Shown: piece after piece, positions 62,409-64,000 of the stretch | Layout: every line of letters begins with the position of its first letter | Numbering within the stretch: the first letter of the stretch is position 1 | NCBI GenBank assembly: GCA_002269645.1 | Contig: NIVC01000712.1 | Span: forward strand, 310,001 to 374,000 | Direction of reading: 5' to 3' | DNA: 64,000 nt | Origin: Macrostomum lignano | Taxonomy: Eukaryota | Notes under the pieces: generated by a model | Told to the model about the DNA's origin: nothing | Databases searched by the model: none | What the model saw: the letters and a program-made list of their open reading frames with translations, nothing else | Position numbers and translations under genes: made by a program

Positions 62409-62725
62409 AAACCTCCCCGGGCGACAGTGACAGCGGTTCGACGAACCAGTCAGGAGCCCGTGCCCAAAAACCAGGTTAGAAGGCCCCTTAGCCTGTTAGG
62501 GATGGCCCGAAGGCCTAGAGCCGTGGCAACCATGCTGGGGCCGACCGCCCACCACCCCCGGGTACATATCAAAAACCTCCCCGGGGCCAGAGGGGGTTGA
62601 GTGAACCATTCAGGGAAGCCCGTGCCTACTCCTGGGTTAGATTAGCCAATACCGGTCATTTTACCGCCCCCCACGGCCGTGGCAACCCGAAGGAGCCTCC
62701 CCCCCAACTAAACCCCGGGTACTCT
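62409..62725. other. Two diverged tandem copies of a ~160-bp GC-rich structured unit within an unclassified insertion
   Basis: aaacctccccggg at 62409 and 62573; gcccgtgcc twice; gccgtggcaacc at 62520 and 62676; ccccgggtac twice. Confidence 0.6.
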
Positions 62726-63257
62726 TGCCAACAGACAGTCTCTTATCTTTGAAGCGGCAGGAGGGCTAATCGCCGGGACTGTTTCACCCTTTGCTTCGCC
62801 AACCCGCCATTTCTATTGTGACCGTGCCAACGGTCTCGTCCTGCTCAGACTCAGTCCTGGTTCTGGCACACTCCAGCTTTAATAGGGTCGCTGGCTGTAC
62901 GCTCAGAGGGCGCCTGAGGGATACCGTCAGAGCACCTTGGTACAGGTATAGGCCTGCCTTCCTATACAGCTACCCACAGCCCTTCCCGATCCACTATTAC
63001 CCTCCAACCCAGCCTACTCACTCATCACAAGCTTTCAGCCAGGCAGAGACAAGTTTCACAGGAGTGACTGCGGTTAGGCGTCTCTATGCGAGACAAAACC
63101 ATGCTTTCCCAAGCCCCAAACTGTTCTATACTTCTAGAGAATCCCGAAAACTAGCGATTTTCCCCCACTCTAATTACTTTCCCAAACCTAAACTACTGAT
63201 AGTAGGAAAAAAGCATATCTGCTTCGCTACTAACTCCCGTTCCTAAATAATGCCCTA

Positions 63258-63360
63258 CTACAGGTGTAGTAGGGTTTTATGAGGTGGGTGTAGTAGGGTT
63301 TATGGGTGGGTGTAGTAGGGTTTTATGAGTGGGTGTAGGGTTTTATGAGGTGGGTGATAG
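63258..63360. repeat. Continuation of the 61.5-kb minisatellite
   Basis: Direct reading. Confidence 0.85.
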
Positions 63361-64000
63361 GCTTTCTAAGGTCGGCGATTATTCTTGATCATGAATTTAG
63401 CAGTTTGAGATCGAGTGCCAAGCGCAGGGAGTGAAATGCTGAGTTCAAGCTTACCACTGCCAGTGACTATTTTACAAATGCAGTATTTTTCGTCGGTTTT
63501 TATGCAATTTCAGTCCCTCCAGCTTCATATAGCTCTAAGCTATCGAATGTTTTTTTATTGAATTGAAGTTCCCTTTCGTAATTGCACGCTCTGGGAAAAA
63601 CCACGGACTTGCCGCGGAAGATTGATATTTTGTGTACTTTCAAGAGCTGCATTAGAAGTGTTTACCAAGTGTGTTTCGAATAGACTGAGTATACAGTAAT
63701 TCCATGGAATTGCCTCAGAAATTTAGTGTGCATTTTTACACTAAAGTGAGTGCCTGAAGCGTACTTAAGCAAGGGACAGACAGAGTTATACTGTACAGTA
63801 TTAGCTTTGTAGACTTGTGTTCAAAGACACATTAACAAGGTACGTACGTGAACGCAAAAAAATAAAAACAAGTTTATCTATTCTACTCTTTCATTTGCTG
63901 GATACGGCATAGTTGAAAATCTCTTTCCGAAATCTTTTCGGTTTGCTACGGAGTTGTTTTCTGTCAGTTTACTTAGATATGTTTATAATAGTAGAAACAT

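Overview
Eukaryotic (metazoan) genomic DNA with GT-AG introns, many filled by long minisatellites. The style would fit a flatworm such as Macrostomum, but that is inference only. Left to right on the + strand: a single-exon NADAR/YbiA-family gene (922-1410) and an 11-exon exocyst Sec3/EXOC1 gene (2194-15931). Then a 5'-truncated RNase H-bearing LINE with a 14-bp TSD (17674-19165, -), two small orphan ORFs/genes (19.7-21.1 kb, -) and a 5-exon IU-type nucleoside hydrolase (22423-26186, +). From 27.9 to 61.4 kb lies a minus-strand cluster of five type I membrane-protein genes with degenerate C-type-lectin-like domains. Two are a recent duplicate pair with near-identical ectodomains but unrelated TM/cytoplasmic tails (paired-receptor-like). 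The other three are older paralogs, one of which carries a degenerate tyrosine-recombinase (DIRS/Ngaro-type) retrotransposon in an intron. Also present: four tRNA-derived CORE-like SINEs, several MITE-like elements, a probable solo LTR, about 20 tandem-repeat arrays, a recurrent 10-mer (TACGCTCGTA, 5 exact copies) and a structured ~160-bp tandem duplication near 62.5 kb. All exon models were built by eye from splice motifs and reading-frame continuity; no database searches were run.
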